Notes under the pieces: generated by a model
Databases searched by the model: none
What the model was told of the DNA's origin: nothing
The model's input: the letters and a program-made list of their open reading frames with translations, nothing else
Position numbers and translations under genes: made by a program
In this document: in pieces, positions 15,368 to 24,320 of the stretch
Layout: every line of letters starts with the position of its first letter
Position numbering within the stretch: position 1 is the stretch's first letter
DNA from: Pelotomaculum propionicicum
GTDB lineage: Bacteria > Bacillota > Desulfotomaculia > Desulfotomaculales > Pelotomaculaceae
DNA: 32,000 nucleotides
Direction of reading: 5' to 3'
NCBI RefSeq assembly: GCF_048984525.1
Contig: NZ_JBMGJC010000002.1
Location: 1,078-33,077, forward strand

Positions 15368-16385
15368 AAAAGATGCCATAGATCTATATATTAATCAAGA
15401 ACAGCGGCTTAAGGAGGCTTCAAACTATCCGGGTTATGACATTCCCTTTTGGGATTTGTCTGAAAATGAAATTTTTAAAGACGTAATATCAAGCTTTATA
15501 TCTGATATTTATATTGATCAAATGAAGGAATTTATCTATGCGGGAAAATCGCCAAGTAAGTTAATTTCACTTTTAGGACCGCTGGGTTTTGCTACTGAAG
15601 TGTGTGAAACAAGTAATGATATCGCTAAGATGGTAGAATATAGTGATGTTAAATATTATGGTGATTATGAAAAAGGAAAAGAATTTGCTGGACTTTTTAT
15701 GAAGACAGCAATGTTTAAGCCTTTAGGTATGTATCTTACAAAGAGGATCCGCATTCCATTTTTAAGTACTGTTTTGCAACATGGTATAGAGCAAGTTGGA
15801 TATAAGTTTGGAAAATATGTGTACGATCACCCGGCTTTTCCTCCAGAAGCTGCTATTGGTTCGGAATCTCTTCCCAATGGGTTGGAATGGGAAGATTTAT
15901 TGAAGCTTCCCGCTCCTGTATATTCGCTTTCTTGGAATAAGGAAGATTTATTAAATCAAGAAACTTTTCGTTCTCTTTCCCCTAATATGGAAGAATTATT
16001 AAACGAAGAGTATTTAAAATCGCTTTCCCCTAATACGGAGGAATTATTACAGCCTTATGTTCTACCTCCCGAGGAGGCGATGGGCGATGAACAGGCTTTT
16101 CGTTCTCTTTCCCCTAATATAGAAGAATTATTAAACCAAGAAACTTTTCGTTCTCTCACCTTTGATAACGAAACCCTTGGCGACGAAGAGATTTTCCGTT
16201 CTACTCTCCAGCCGGAATCGGACCATGGCGATCAATACACCGAGCAGGAAGTTAATAACCAGAATGTTACTGTTAACATCGCTGTGGAAGGGCAAGGGGA
16301 CGAAAACGGGATCGTCAATAAGTTAGTGGCCAGATTGGGCGAGGTATTTGAAAACATGAACACATCTGGTTTTGGTGTTGTATAA
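15354..16385 (+). CDS. Protein in the tape-measure slot: unusually short (343 aa), AT-rich, with tandem repeats
   Basis: It lies between the frameshifting chaperone and the LysM XkdP-like gene. GGAAGGGGG RBS before GTG 15354. It has hydrophobic segments and an FRSLSPN-EELLN repeat block. I see no clear TMP homology by eye. Confidence 0.5.
   Translation: MAGDKKDAIDLYINQEQRLKEASNYPGYDIPFWDLSENEIFKDVISSFISDIYIDQMKEFIYAGKSPSKLISLLGPLGFATEVCETSNDIAKMVEYSDVKYYGDYEKGKEFAGLFMKTAMFKPLGMYLTKRIRIPFLSTVLQHGIEQVGYKFGKYVYDHPAFPPEAAIGSESLPNGLEWEDLLKLPAPVYSLSWNKEDLLNQETFRSLSPNMEELLNEEYLKSLSPNTEELLQPYVLPPEEAMGDEQAFRSLSPNIEELLNQETFRSLTFDNETLGDEEIFRSTLQPESDHGDQYTEQEVNNQNVTVNIAVEGQGDENGIVNKLVARLGEVFENMNTSGFGVV
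15942..16210 (+). repeat. In-frame tandem/interspersed repeats inside the TMP-slot gene
   Basis: ttttcgttctctttcccctaatat(g/a)gaagaattattaaac occurs at 15965-16004 and 16097-16136, plus degenerate copies. At protein level: ETFRSLSPNMEELLN / YLKSLSPNTEELLQ / QAFRSLSPNIEELLN / ETFRSLTFDNETLG / EIFRSTLQPE. Confidence 0.85.
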
Positions 16386-16420
16386 AATTTTTATCAAAAA
16401 ATTGAGGAGGAGTGCCTCCT

Positions 16421-17059
16421 ATGGATTTTTATTTAATAGACCCAGCCGGACCGGAGTTCCATTTTCCGGTCAACCCGGCGAAGGTGACCATCCGGCGGGA
16501 GAAGCTTACGGACGTTGTAAATATAATTAACCTGGGTCAAGTGGAGTTTCCGCATGGGGAGAAGGTGAAAGAGATCACCTTTTCTTCATTTTTTCCCAAA
16601 GAATACGACTCCAGCTACTGCCGCTACCCGGATATCCACGACCCGCAGGAGGCGATGAATAAGCTCACCGCCTGGATGATGAGCAAGAAGCCTGTGCGAC
16701 TGATGATCACGGAGACGATTGTCAACGTCCTGGTACTGGTAAGTGCCCACACGACTACCTTCAGGGGTGGAGAACCGGGGGACGTCTACTTTGACCTGAC
16801 CTGTCACGCCTGGCAGGAACTGAAAGTGAGGACGGCGGCGGAAATTTCGGTCGCCCTGCAGGGTGCCGAGCCGAGGCCGGACACCAGGCCGGTGCCGGCG
16901 GTATACGAGGTGAGGACAGGCGATTCGCTCTGGGCTATAGCGAAGATGCAGTACGGCGACGGCAACAGGTGGCGGGAGATTTACCAGACCAACGAGGGGA
17001 TTATCGGGCCGGACGCCGACCTGATCCTGCCGGGCCAGAAGCTGGTGATGCCGCAATGA
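16421..17059 (+). CDS. xkdP: XkdP-like tail protein with C-terminal LysM domain
   Basis: C-terminal YEVRTGDSLWAIAKMQYGDGNRWREIYQTN...LILPGQKLVMP is a LysM domain. GAGGAGG RBS 10 nt before ATG 16421. Confidence 0.85.
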   Translation: MDFYLIDPAGPEFHFPVNPAKVTIRREKLTDVVNIINLGQVEFPHGEKVKEITFSSFFPKEYDSSYCRYPDIHDPQEAMNKLTAWMMSKKPVRLMITETIVNVLVLVSAHTTTFRGGEPGDVYFDLTCHAWQELKVRTAAEISVALQGAEPRPDTRPVPAVYEVRTGDSLWAIAKMQYGDGNRWREIYQTNEGIIGPDADLILPGQKLVMPQ

Positions 17060-18054
17060 GTGACTTTACGCTGAACAGGTACGAGGTGGTGCTGGCTAAT
17101 CAATACTTCCTGCGGGAACTAGTGGAAAGGATCACCCTGGAGGACTCGCTGGATGAGATCGCCTACCGGGCCTCGGTCAGGCTGGTGGTGACGGACGACT
17201 TCCAGCAGATTGGGATCGCTCCGGGTCAGGAGATAAGAGTGTCCGGGGTGCCCTTCGGGGGTAGTGGTATGGTGTACCTGCTGCACCCGGGAATGGTATG
17301 GCAGTGCGATAGTGAAACGCGGGGGCAGAAGCATATTAATGTAACTGTTTACGACAGGACGATATACCTGGCCAAGAGCGAGGACGAGTACCTGTTTCCG
17401 GCCGGGCAGACGTCCACTCAAAGGTTGGAGCGATATGCCTCGGACTGGGGACTGGAATTGGGCCAGGTGGCCGACACGGGGGTCGCCCTGGCCAAGGCGG
17501 TGTACCGCGCCCGGCCCATTTACTCTATGATTATGGCGGACTTAAAAGAAACAGCCGTCAAGGGAGGGGACATGTATCGTCCCCGGATGACGCCGGATGG
17601 TCTGGGGTTGGTTAAGCTAGGAAGTAACGAAACGGTCTGGGCCTTGGAGGCGGAGCGCAACGTGGAGGAAATCAGGCAGCGGCGCAGCCTGGAAGGAGCG
17701 GTTACTCAGGTAAAGGTGCTTGGGAACGCACCGGTGGAGGAACGTTCTCCGGTGCTGGCACTGGTAACCGGCGAGACGGATCGGTACGGGACACTGCAGA
17801 AGGTGCACAGCGACCCCAAACTGACCGATGCCGGGGCGGCACGTTCGGCTGGTGAGAAGAAGCTTTGCGGGATGCAGGAAACTATAACTGTGGCGGGTCT
17901 GGATATTAATACGATTCGTGCCGGCGACAAGGTCAAGCTGAATAACATTGACCTGCTGGTGAACTCGGTGCGGCATGAACTGGGCGCACCGGGCAGGATG
18001 ACCCTGGAACTGGCGGGAGAAGAGTATGTGAGGAGGCGTTACTATAGTGACTAA
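17056..18054 (+). CDS. xkdQ: XkdQ-like tail/baseplate hub protein (gpD-type)
   Basis: ATGA overlap with the xkdP-like stop. It is ~330 aa and sits between XkdP-like and XkdR-like genes, with a typical XkdQ/YqbQ pattern. Confidence 0.75.
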   Translation: MSDFTLNRYEVVLANQYFLRELVERITLEDSLDEIAYRASVRLVVTDDFQQIGIAPGQEIRVSGVPFGGSGMVYLLHPGMVWQCDSETRGQKHINVTVYDRTIYLAKSEDEYLFPAGQTSTQRLERYASDWGLELGQVADTGVALAKAVYRARPIYSMIMADLKETAVKGGDMYRPRMTPDGLGLVKLGSNETVWALEAERNVEEIRQRRSLEGAVTQVKVLGNAPVEERSPVLALVTGETDRYGTLQKVHSDPKLTDAGAARSAGEKKLCGMQETITVAGLDINTIRAGDKVKLNNIDLLVNSVRHELGAPGRMTLELAGEEYVRRRYYSD

Positions 18055-18478
18055 TCCTTACAAGGAACTTGCCTCAGTAATAGAGAAGCGCATGGCAGGC
18101 CACGCCGCACGGGCTGTCTCCGGGACTCCGTGCGAACTGGGGACGGTTACAGCGGGCGGTTTGAAGCTGGACTCGTTTAAATACGAAATAAAGGACTACC
18201 TGGTGGCGGACTGGCTGATAAGACAGGAAATCCCGCAGCCGAGAAGGGTGATCAAAACTGCTGCCCCTGTAAACGCAGACGGCAGCGATATACCAAATTC
18301 AACTGTGTATTCCCATTTCACCCGCATTGACTACCAGGGAGGCGGTGGAGCAGACAAGATCGAGGATGTCCGCCATAACCTGTCAGTCAGCCTGAAGCCG
18401 GGGGATCGGGTTTTGGTTATCCCGGTGAACGGCGGTCAGGACTTCGTAGTAATTTGCAAGGTGGTGCCAAATGCCTAA
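18047..18478 (+). CDS. xkdR: XkdR-like (DUF2577) baseplate/spike-associated protein
   Basis: The C-terminal ..LKPGDRVLVIPVNGGQDFVVICKV ending is characteristic of DUF2577. It overlaps both neighbours. Confidence 0.7.
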   Translation: MTNPYKELASVIEKRMAGHAARAVSGTPCELGTVTAGGLKLDSFKYEIKDYLVADWLIRQEIPQPRRVIKTAAPVNADGSDIPNSTVYSHFTRIDYQGGGGADKIEDVRHNLSVSLKPGDRVLVIPVNGGQDFVVICKVVPNA

Positions 18479-18926
18479 CTTATTTCCTATAGAAATAGTG
18501 AACCCGCTCCCTGAAATAACGGGAACAGGCGCCGGCCAGGTTCGTTTCGGCAGGAGCTGGCGCTTTGACTTCGACAGCGGGGACTTCGTACTGACGCCGG
18601 CAGGCCAGGTGGCCGAGTGCGGTAACGAGGAGGCCTGGTTGGAGTGGTGCCGAAAGGCGCTGATGACCGCCAGGTACCGCTACCTCGTTTACTCGCGGAA
18701 CTATGGGCAGGAGTTTGAAGACCTTATAAGCCGGCATCTGAACCGGGCGGGGAACGAAAGTGAAATCAAGCGAATAACAACCGAGTGCTTGAAGGTAGAC
18801 CCGAGGACATCCGGCGTGGACAACTTTACCTTCACCTGGGAGGAAGACACATGCCAGTTTACATGTGAGGTAACCAGTGTGCTCGGCGGCAGCGGGACTA
18901 TGAATGGAATGGTGGTGATCGGATAA
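18471..18926 (+). CDS. xkdS: XkdS-like (DUF2634, gp25/gpW-like) baseplate wedge protein
   Basis: ..EAWLEWCRKALMTARYRYLVYSRNYGQEFEDLI......E.KR.ITECL..DPR pattern. Confidence 0.8.
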   Translation: MPNLFPIEIVNPLPEITGTGAGQVRFGRSWRFDFDSGDFVLTPAGQVAECGNEEAWLEWCRKALMTARYRYLVYSRNYGQEFEDLISRHLNRAGNESEIKRITTECLKVDPRTSGVDNFTFTWEEDTCQFTCEVTSVLGGSGTMNGMVVIG

Positions 18927-18927
18927 G

Positions 18928-20520
18928 ATGGCTGTATTGCCGGAATACTTGACTGAGCAAACAGAGGAAGCAATAAAACAGAGAATCCTTGACGCCCTGC
19001 CGGACGATCTTGACAAGACGGAGGGGAGCTACATCTGGGACGCGGTCTCCCCGGTGGCGATTGAATTGGCGCTGGCGGCCATATGGGCAAAGGAGGTCCT
19101 GCGCAGGGGTTTCGCTTCGACGACTTTTGGCGATTACCTGGACCTGCGCTGCGAGGAGCACGGCCTGACCAGGATAGCGGCGGTGAAGGCTACAGGGACG
19201 ACTGCAAAGGGTAACTCGTTGACGATTACGGGAACGCCGGGAAAAGTAAACGCAGGGCTGAGGGTTGCTACCCAGGCTAACCCTGTTACGAATACTCCTT
19301 CTATTGAGTTTTTAACTACCACGGAGTGTAATATCGAAAGTGGCGGAACTGGAACTGCCGATATTGAGGCCGTGGTGGCGGGGACAGGCGGCAACGTACC
19401 AGCCGGGGCTATCAGCGTGGTGGTGGACCCCTACGTGGGGGTCACGGGAGTGACGAACTCCGCCCCGATTACCGGGGGGCTGAACACGGAAACCGATGCT
19501 GCGCTCCTGGCCAGGTACCTTCAAAAAGTGAGGTCCCCCTCGGCGGGAGGGAATAAGGCCGACTACTTGAACTGGGCGCTGGAAGTGGCTGGAGTCGGGG
19601 GAGTCGCGGTAACCCCGGTGAGGGACGGCCCGGGGACGGTGAGCGTGGCGATCATCGGGACGGACAAGGCCCCGGCGAGCCAGACCCTGGTGGATGCTGT
19701 ACAGAACTATATCGCCCCGTCCTGGATAAACGAAAAAGAGGCCGAAAACATGACGATCGGCGGCTTTGGAGTTTTTCCCGACAATCAGCCGGACGACACA
19801 GGGAGTTCAGTCAAGATAGTGTACGACACTTCCGGGATTGGAACGGTAACTCATACAAATGTAAACAGCATCCTACAACAGCCCGGCATCTGGCAGGCCC
19901 GGAACCATCTCAAGGTTGACAATATCTCAGGAGTCAACGACCTGCTGGAAGTAGGGATGTATAATGTTTCTGGCGCTGTTTGGTGTAAGACCAGGCCGGA
20001 AGGATCGACTGACGCCAAGATCACGCTTAAGGCAAGTGACCTTGGTACAACCTTTACAGATAAGATCGTGGAGTTTTATTGGAACGGGTCGGATCAAATC
20101 GAACTACGGATAAAACGCCTTGCACCCGATACCACGGCCGTGGAGGTATGTTTTGACCGGACGGTGTACCGTTCCACATTCAGTAAGGACACCGGGGAAG
20201 GTAAGGCGCCGGTGGGCGCCAGGGTAACGGTGGAAAAGGCGACCGCGGTTTTGATTAATGTCTCAGCTACGCTAACCATTATGCCGGGTTACAACTCCAC
20301 CAGCGTGAAGGCGGCAGTGGAGCAAAACATAGAGGACTACATCAGGGGCCTGGCGTTTACTGAGGACAACGACGTGCGCTACGTGCGGATCGGAAACGCC
20401 ATCCTGGATACGCCGGGCGTGCAGGACTACACCGGGTTTACGGTGAACGGGGGTACGGCCAACATTACTGTGGGTGCCCAGGAGGTGGCGGTGAAAGGGA
20501 CGGTGAGCCTGCTGCCATGA
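18928..20520 (+). CDS. xkdT: Baseplate J-like protein (XkdT-like) carrying a ~160-aa internal insertion
   Basis: N-terminal ..YLTEQTEEAIKQRILDALPDDLDKTEGSYIWD.. and C-terminal ..VRIGNAILDTPGVQDY.. are Baseplate_J-like. Residues ~265-425 (nt ~19720-20203) interrupt the conserved YIAP...APVGARVTV junction. Confidence 0.8.
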   Translation: MAVLPEYLTEQTEEAIKQRILDALPDDLDKTEGSYIWDAVSPVAIELALAAIWAKEVLRRGFASTTFGDYLDLRCEEHGLTRIAAVKATGTTAKGNSLTITGTPGKVNAGLRVATQANPVTNTPSIEFLTTTECNIESGGTGTADIEAVVAGTGGNVPAGAISVVVDPYVGVTGVTNSAPITGGLNTETDAALLARYLQKVRSPSAGGNKADYLNWALEVAGVGGVAVTPVRDGPGTVSVAIIGTDKAPASQTLVDAVQNYIAPSWINEKEAENMTIGGFGVFPDNQPDDTGSSVKIVYDTSGIGTVTHTNVNSILQQPGIWQARNHLKVDNISGVNDLLEVGMYNVSGAVWCKTRPEGSTDAKITLKASDLGTTFTDKIVEFYWNGSDQIELRIKRLAPDTTAVEVCFDRTVYRSTFSKDTGEGKAPVGARVTVEKATAVLINVSATLTIMPGYNSTSVKAAVEQNIEDYIRGLAFTEDNDVRYVRIGNAILDTPGVQDYTGFTVNGGTANITVGAQEVAVKGTVSLLP

Positions 20521-21092
20521 GTGAGTATCCGGTAACATCAGCAAGGGGGCAGAAGATGACCGGTTACCTGCCGTGCTACTATCAGTCTTCGAGGGTGATG
20601 AGGTCGATCGTCCAGGGCCAGGGGAGCGAGTTGGACAAGCTGAGACAGGCGCTGGACGAGACCCTCGACCAGTTTTTCGTGAACACGGCGACATGTCGCC
20701 TAGGGGACTGGGAGGCCGAACTCGGCCTGCCGGTGGCCCCGGCGCAGCCTGAGACTGAACGGCGCGACAAGATCATGTCGAAGCTGCGGGGAATGGGCAC
20801 CTGCACGATCAAGCTGGTGAAGCAAGTGGCGGAGAGCTACGACGCAGGTGCCGTGAACGTGGCAGAAGACTTCACGGGTTACCTGGTAATAGTGAAGTTT
20901 GTGGACACGCGTGGATTGCCGCCGAACATAGAAGACTTGATGGCGGCAGTCCGGGACATAGTGCCGGCGCACCTGGAAATCCTGTACGAGTACAGTTATT
21001 TCCTGTGGGACGATCTTGACGAAAAGGTTTGGACCTGGGATCAGCTCGATACGCTTGGGTTGATGTGGGATCAACTGGAGGTATACGTTTAA
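20517..21092 (+). CDS. xkdU: XkdU-like (DUF2313, gpI-type) tail-fibre adaptor, copy 1
   Basis: ATGA overlap with xkdT-like. ..YLP.YYQSSRVM..I...G.E.DKLRQALDETLDQFFVNTAT..L.DWE.ELGL pattern. Confidence 0.75.
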   Translation: MSEYPVTSARGQKMTGYLPCYYQSSRVMRSIVQGQGSELDKLRQALDETLDQFFVNTATCRLGDWEAELGLPVAPAQPETERRDKIMSKLRGMGTCTIKLVKQVAESYDAGAVNVAEDFTGYLVIVKFVDTRGLPPNIEDLMAAVRDIVPAHLEILYEYSYFLWDDLDEKVWTWDQLDTLGLMWDQLEVYV

Positions 21093-21186
21093 ATCCGGAA
21101 AATACTCGAAGCCAGTAATTTAAGCCGCTTAAATAGCGTCATGCTTTATTTTAAAGTTCTGTAACAGTAGGTGGTGAGCAAATAAC

Positions 21187-21762
21187 ATGAGTGATTATCC
21201 AATGACCAGCGCAAGCGGGCTGAGGATGCTGGGCTGTCTTCCCGAGTATTACAAATCCAGCCGGGTAATTAAAACCATCAGTCAAGTGAGAGGGGAGGAG
21301 GTAGATAAACTTCGCCAGGCGCTTGACGAGACGCTGGAGCAGTTTTATATCAACACGTCGACCTGGAGCCTGGATGACTGGGAGGAGGAACTGGGACTGC
21401 CTCTCGCGCCGGAGCAGCCGGAGTCTCAGCGGCGGCCAAAGATTAAGTCCAGGATCCGGGGAAAGGGCACCTGTACCATTAAAATAGCCAAAGAGGTCGC
21501 GGAGAGCTACGAAAACGGCACGGTGGAGGTAGTGGAAAACCACCCTCAGTATCTGGTGCTAATTATTTTCGTAGATGTCTTCGGGATACCCCCGAACATG
21601 AACGATCTGATGGCAGCCTTAAGGGCGGTGGTACCGGCGCACCTTAGTATTCAGTATCAATACCGCTGGACTCTTTACGGCGATATCAAGACCTGGGGGC
21701 TTACCTACGGAGACCTTAAGACGTTAACCTACGGCGGGATTAAAACTTATAAACCTTCATAG
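21187..21762 (+). CDS. xkdU: XkdU-like (DUF2313, gpI-type) tail-fibre adaptor, copy 2 (paralogue)
   Basis: Same length (191 aa) and collinear with copy 1. By eye about half the residues are identical (MS.YP.TSA.G..M.G.LP.YY.SSRV...I....G.E.DKLRQALDETL.QF..NT.T..L.DWE.ELGLP.AP.QPE..RR.KI...). Confidence 0.75.
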   Translation: MSDYPMTSASGLRMLGCLPEYYKSSRVIKTISQVRGEEVDKLRQALDETLEQFYINTSTWSLDDWEEELGLPLAPEQPESQRRPKIKSRIRGKGTCTIKIAKEVAESYENGTVEVVENHPQYLVLIIFVDVFGIPPNMNDLMAALRAVVPAHLSIQYQYRWTLYGDIKTWGLTYGDLKTLTYGGIKTYKPS

Positions 21763-21765
21763 GAG

Positions 21766-22998
21766 GTGGAACAATTGCAACAAACTGCCAATTACGGCTT
21801 TTTAAAGCCTGAAGACAATGAAGCTTTTGACGAGCAGGCCCACGCTAATACAAATATGGATGCCATAGATACCCAAATAAAGACCAGGGCAGATGATCAT
21901 GCTGCGCATTTGGCCGATAATGTGCCACATATACCTTACGCAATAGCATCGGGTGCAACTAACGTATATATTGTTACTCTCAACCCGGTGCCTGCTTCTT
22001 ATACCGAAGGTATGGCTATAGCTATTAAGATTAGTATTGAAAACACTGGGGCTTCAACAGTTAATGTCAATGGGCTCGGCGTAAAAAGCATTAAGAAGCC
22101 AAATGGAAACGATGTGTCGGCTGGCAACTTAAAGGCTGGAAGTATATACACCCTTCGTTATAACGGAACAAATTTTATCTTACAGGGTGAAGGAGGTGGT
22201 GGAACTGCAACTACAGGTGACGTCCTGGCAGGTAAAACCTTTACTAATGACAGCGGTGAACAGGCAGGCGCTATGCCTAATAGGGGCGCTGTAGTACTGA
22301 CCCCTGGAACAACTAACCAGGCCATAACTGCAGGGTATCATAACGGCTCCGGTTATGTACTAGGGGACGCGGACTTAATATCTGCAAATATTAAAGCCGG
22401 AGTTAACATTTTCGGGGTGGCCGGTAACTCTAATGTGATTAATACATCACCAGGTACCGCTGTAGCCGGGGATATTTTAGCGGGTAAAATAGCTTTTGTT
22501 GATGGCGCACAGTTAACAGGTACGATGATAAATAGGGGCGCTTTAGCAATAACCCCTGGAACGGCCCAACAAGCTATAGTTACGGGATACCATGACGGTA
22601 ATGGTTACGTACAGGGTGACTCTGACTTAACTGCAGCGAACATAAAAAAGGACGTGCTTATTTTTGGAATAACAGGGACATTTCAGGGCCGAATTGCTAC
22701 TGGATCTCTTACAATTACTGACAGCAATTATACGCAGCAGCGTACCATTTCGGGCTTAGGTTTTCAGCCCACATGGGTACACCTAGAACAAACAGGATTT
22801 AGTACTTCACGCTTTATTGCCACAAAAGGCAGTATATTAGGGGTTTCGTTAATAACTATGAACTGGATGAGGAACGACGGGGGCAGCACCGAAGTAAGTG
22901 CTCAAATTGCCTTTACGTCGGACGGGTTTACATTCTATCCCCGTGACCCTTATGATAGTACAGAAACAATATACTGGTGGGCTGGTAAGTTTGACTAA
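21766..22998 (+). CDS. Tail fibre protein, set 1
   Basis: N-terminal TANYGFLKPEDNEAFD....N.NMDAID is a typical Firmicute phage fibre anchor motif. It has an internal duplicated ~70-aa unit, a Gly run (GEGGGGT) and a GTG start after GGAGGTGG. Confidence 0.75.
   Translation: MEQLQQTANYGFLKPEDNEAFDEQAHANTNMDAIDTQIKTRADDHAAHLADNVPHIPYAIASGATNVYIVTLNPVPASYTEGMAIAIKISIENTGASTVNVNGLGVKSIKKPNGNDVSAGNLKAGSIYTLRYNGTNFILQGEGGGGTATTGDVLAGKTFTNDSGEQAGAMPNRGAVVLTPGTTNQAITAGYHNGSGYVLGDADLISANIKAGVNIFGVAGNSNVINTSPGTAVAGDILAGKIAFVDGAQLTGTMINRGALAITPGTAQQAIVTGYHDGNGYVQGDSDLTAANIKKDVLIFGITGTFQGRIATGSLTITDSNYTQQRTISGLGFQPTWVHLEQTGFSTSRFIATKGSILGVSLITMNWMRNDGGSTEVSAQIAFTSDGFTFYPRDPYDSTETIYWWAGKFD
22216..22680 (+). 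repeat. Duplicated ~70-aa module inside the fibre gene
   Basis: GDVLAGKTFTNDSGEQAGAMPNRGAVVLTPGTTNQAITAGYHNGSGYVLGDADLISANIKAGVNIFGVAG versus GDILAGKIAFVDGAQLTGTMINRGALAITPGTAQQAIVTGYHDGNGYVQGDSDLTAANIKKDVLIFGITG. Confidence 0.85.
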
Positions 22999-23012
22999 GG
23001 AGCTAAAGATGG

Positions 23013-23050
23013 AAGCAGGGAGGAGGTTCTCTTGCTTCCTGTTTTTCTGT
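23013..23050 (+). terminator. Rho-independent terminator inside the tail cluster, after fibre set 1
   Basis: GGAAGCAgGGAG-gaggtt-CTCtTGCTTCC followed by TGTTTTTCTG. Confidence 0.65.
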
Positions 23051-23225
23051 AAGACGAGATAAAGCTGAAACATTGATAGTGGATGATTCTGCTTCATTAT
23101 AAAAGGTTATAAGGTACATACATTAAACCTGCAAAAGCCTTTGTGATGACTGATGCGAAGAACCGGACAAAAAATTTATTCGATGCTCTAATATTAATGT
23201 GGGATTTATTGGAGGTGAATGAATA

Positions 23226-23606
23226 ATGCCAGAAATAACACCAAACCTCGGCCTTAAAAAACCTCTCAGTAATGAGACGGTCAGTCGGGCCGCCTATAAT
23301 GAGAACTTGGACATTCTCGAATCAAATGCCATGGCAAAAGGATTAGATGCCCAGGACATCAACAAAACTAAGGTCTTGAATATTGAAATCGACGGACGGA
23401 ATGTAACCCTGGCATACGATGGAAGCGGTCGACTTCAAACAATCACCGAGAAGGATGGGGTGACAATGGTTGACACGGTAACCCTGGCCTATGACGGAAG
23501 TGGAAATCTGCAGACACTTACGGAAATAGCTGGAGGTTCCACAATAACAACGACACTCGGATATACAACTGGGAAATTAACTTCTATCACGCCAGTGGTG
23601 ACATAG
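23226..23606 (+). CDS. Tail-fibre-like protein, set 2, with YD-type repeats
   Basis: N-terminal PNLGLKKPLSNETVSRAAYNENLDILE is the same anchor motif as 21766. Two VTLAYDGSG(R/N)LQT(I/L)TE repeats. GGAGGTGA RBS. Confidence 0.65.
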   Translation: MPEITPNLGLKKPLSNETVSRAAYNENLDILESNAMAKGLDAQDINKTKVLNIEIDGRNVTLAYDGSGRLQTITEKDGVTMVDTVTLAYDGSGNLQTLTEIAGGSTITTTLGYTTGKLTSITPVVT

Positions 23607-23621
23607 GAAGGGGTGATCTAA

Positions 23622-24320
23622 ATGGATAAAGCGGCAATAGCGGCACTCGCAAACGCAATCCAGATTTTGAACCTGATCGGTAAGAGCGGGGATCCGGCCG
23701 GGATAACCTCTTTATTTGCCTGGATGGCGAGGTTAGAACAATATGTCGATCAGGTAGAGGGTTATACCGATACCGTAGAGGGCCTCATTGGTACCGCAAA
23801 CCCGGCAACCGGCGACTTAACGACAGTTTTTAAAGGATTAAAGCTGATCACGGATTATGTTGATACCCTGGAAACAAAACTAGGGTTGAACACCGACCCA
23901 GCTGGAACAAATACCGTTTTTGCCCGTTTAGCACAAATGGCAGGTTACACAGATACCCTGGAAACAAACCTGGCTGCCGGATTTATCAGAAGTATTCAAC
24001 GTGGTACATCTGCCGGGGCCGGTAACGTAACCATTACGGCGGTTAATACGGCAAAAACAATGGTACTAAGCGCATCCAAAGGGAGCGCCGGTTATGTGGC
24101 AGCAAGGGGTAGTGTTTCACTTACCCCATCAGGAGGAAATATTCTTGGGTATGCAGAAGATGGTAGCGGTCAATCCTCGGGAGGTTTCCCTACTTATAGT
24201 GGCTCAATTACAGGTGGCTCTACTGACCTAACAGTCAAGGTTTATAGCGCAAAACTTCTTAATAGCACAACAATTTACTGTGATGGAGCATGTGAATGGC
24301 AGGTGATTGAGTATGTATAA
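23622..24320 (+). CDS. Tail-fibre distal/receptor-binding-like protein
   Basis: Three G/DY(T/V)DT(V/L)E repeats (GYTDTVEGLIG, DYVDTLETKLG, GYTDTLETNLA), then a Gly/Ser-rich beta-like C-terminal domain. AGGGGTGA RBS. Confidence 0.55.
   Translation: MDKAAIAALANAIQILNLIGKSGDPAGITSLFAWMARLEQYVDQVEGYTDTVEGLIGTANPATGDLTTVFKGLKLITDYVDTLETKLGLNTDPAGTNTVFARLAQMAGYTDTLETNLAAGFIRSIQRGTSAGAGNVTITAVNTAKTMVLSASKGSAGYVAARGSVSLTPSGGNILGYAEDGSGQSSGGFPTYSGSITGGSTDLTVKVYSAKLLNSTTIYCDGACEWQVIEYV

Noticed and set aside
12881-21092. Classification of the contractile cluster as an eCIS (Afp/PVC-like) or T6SS.
   Set aside because: It lacks an AAA+ ATPase, duplicated sheath/tube paralogues, a PAAR/VgrG-type spike with effector genes and TssB/C-type small/large sheath subunits. 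The gene order and families are PBSX/XkdK-XkdU type, and a holin-endolysin release cassette is present.
12881-21600. Long antisense and overlapping ORFs in the track (e.g. 13667-14386, 14810-15379, 16586-17056, 18480-19016, 18701-19090, 20272-20694, 20700-21074, 21151-21543).
   Set aside because: These are shadow ORFs typical of GC-rich coding DNA. They overlap recognisable tail genes, have Arg/Pro/Gly-rich low-complexity translations and lack an RBS.
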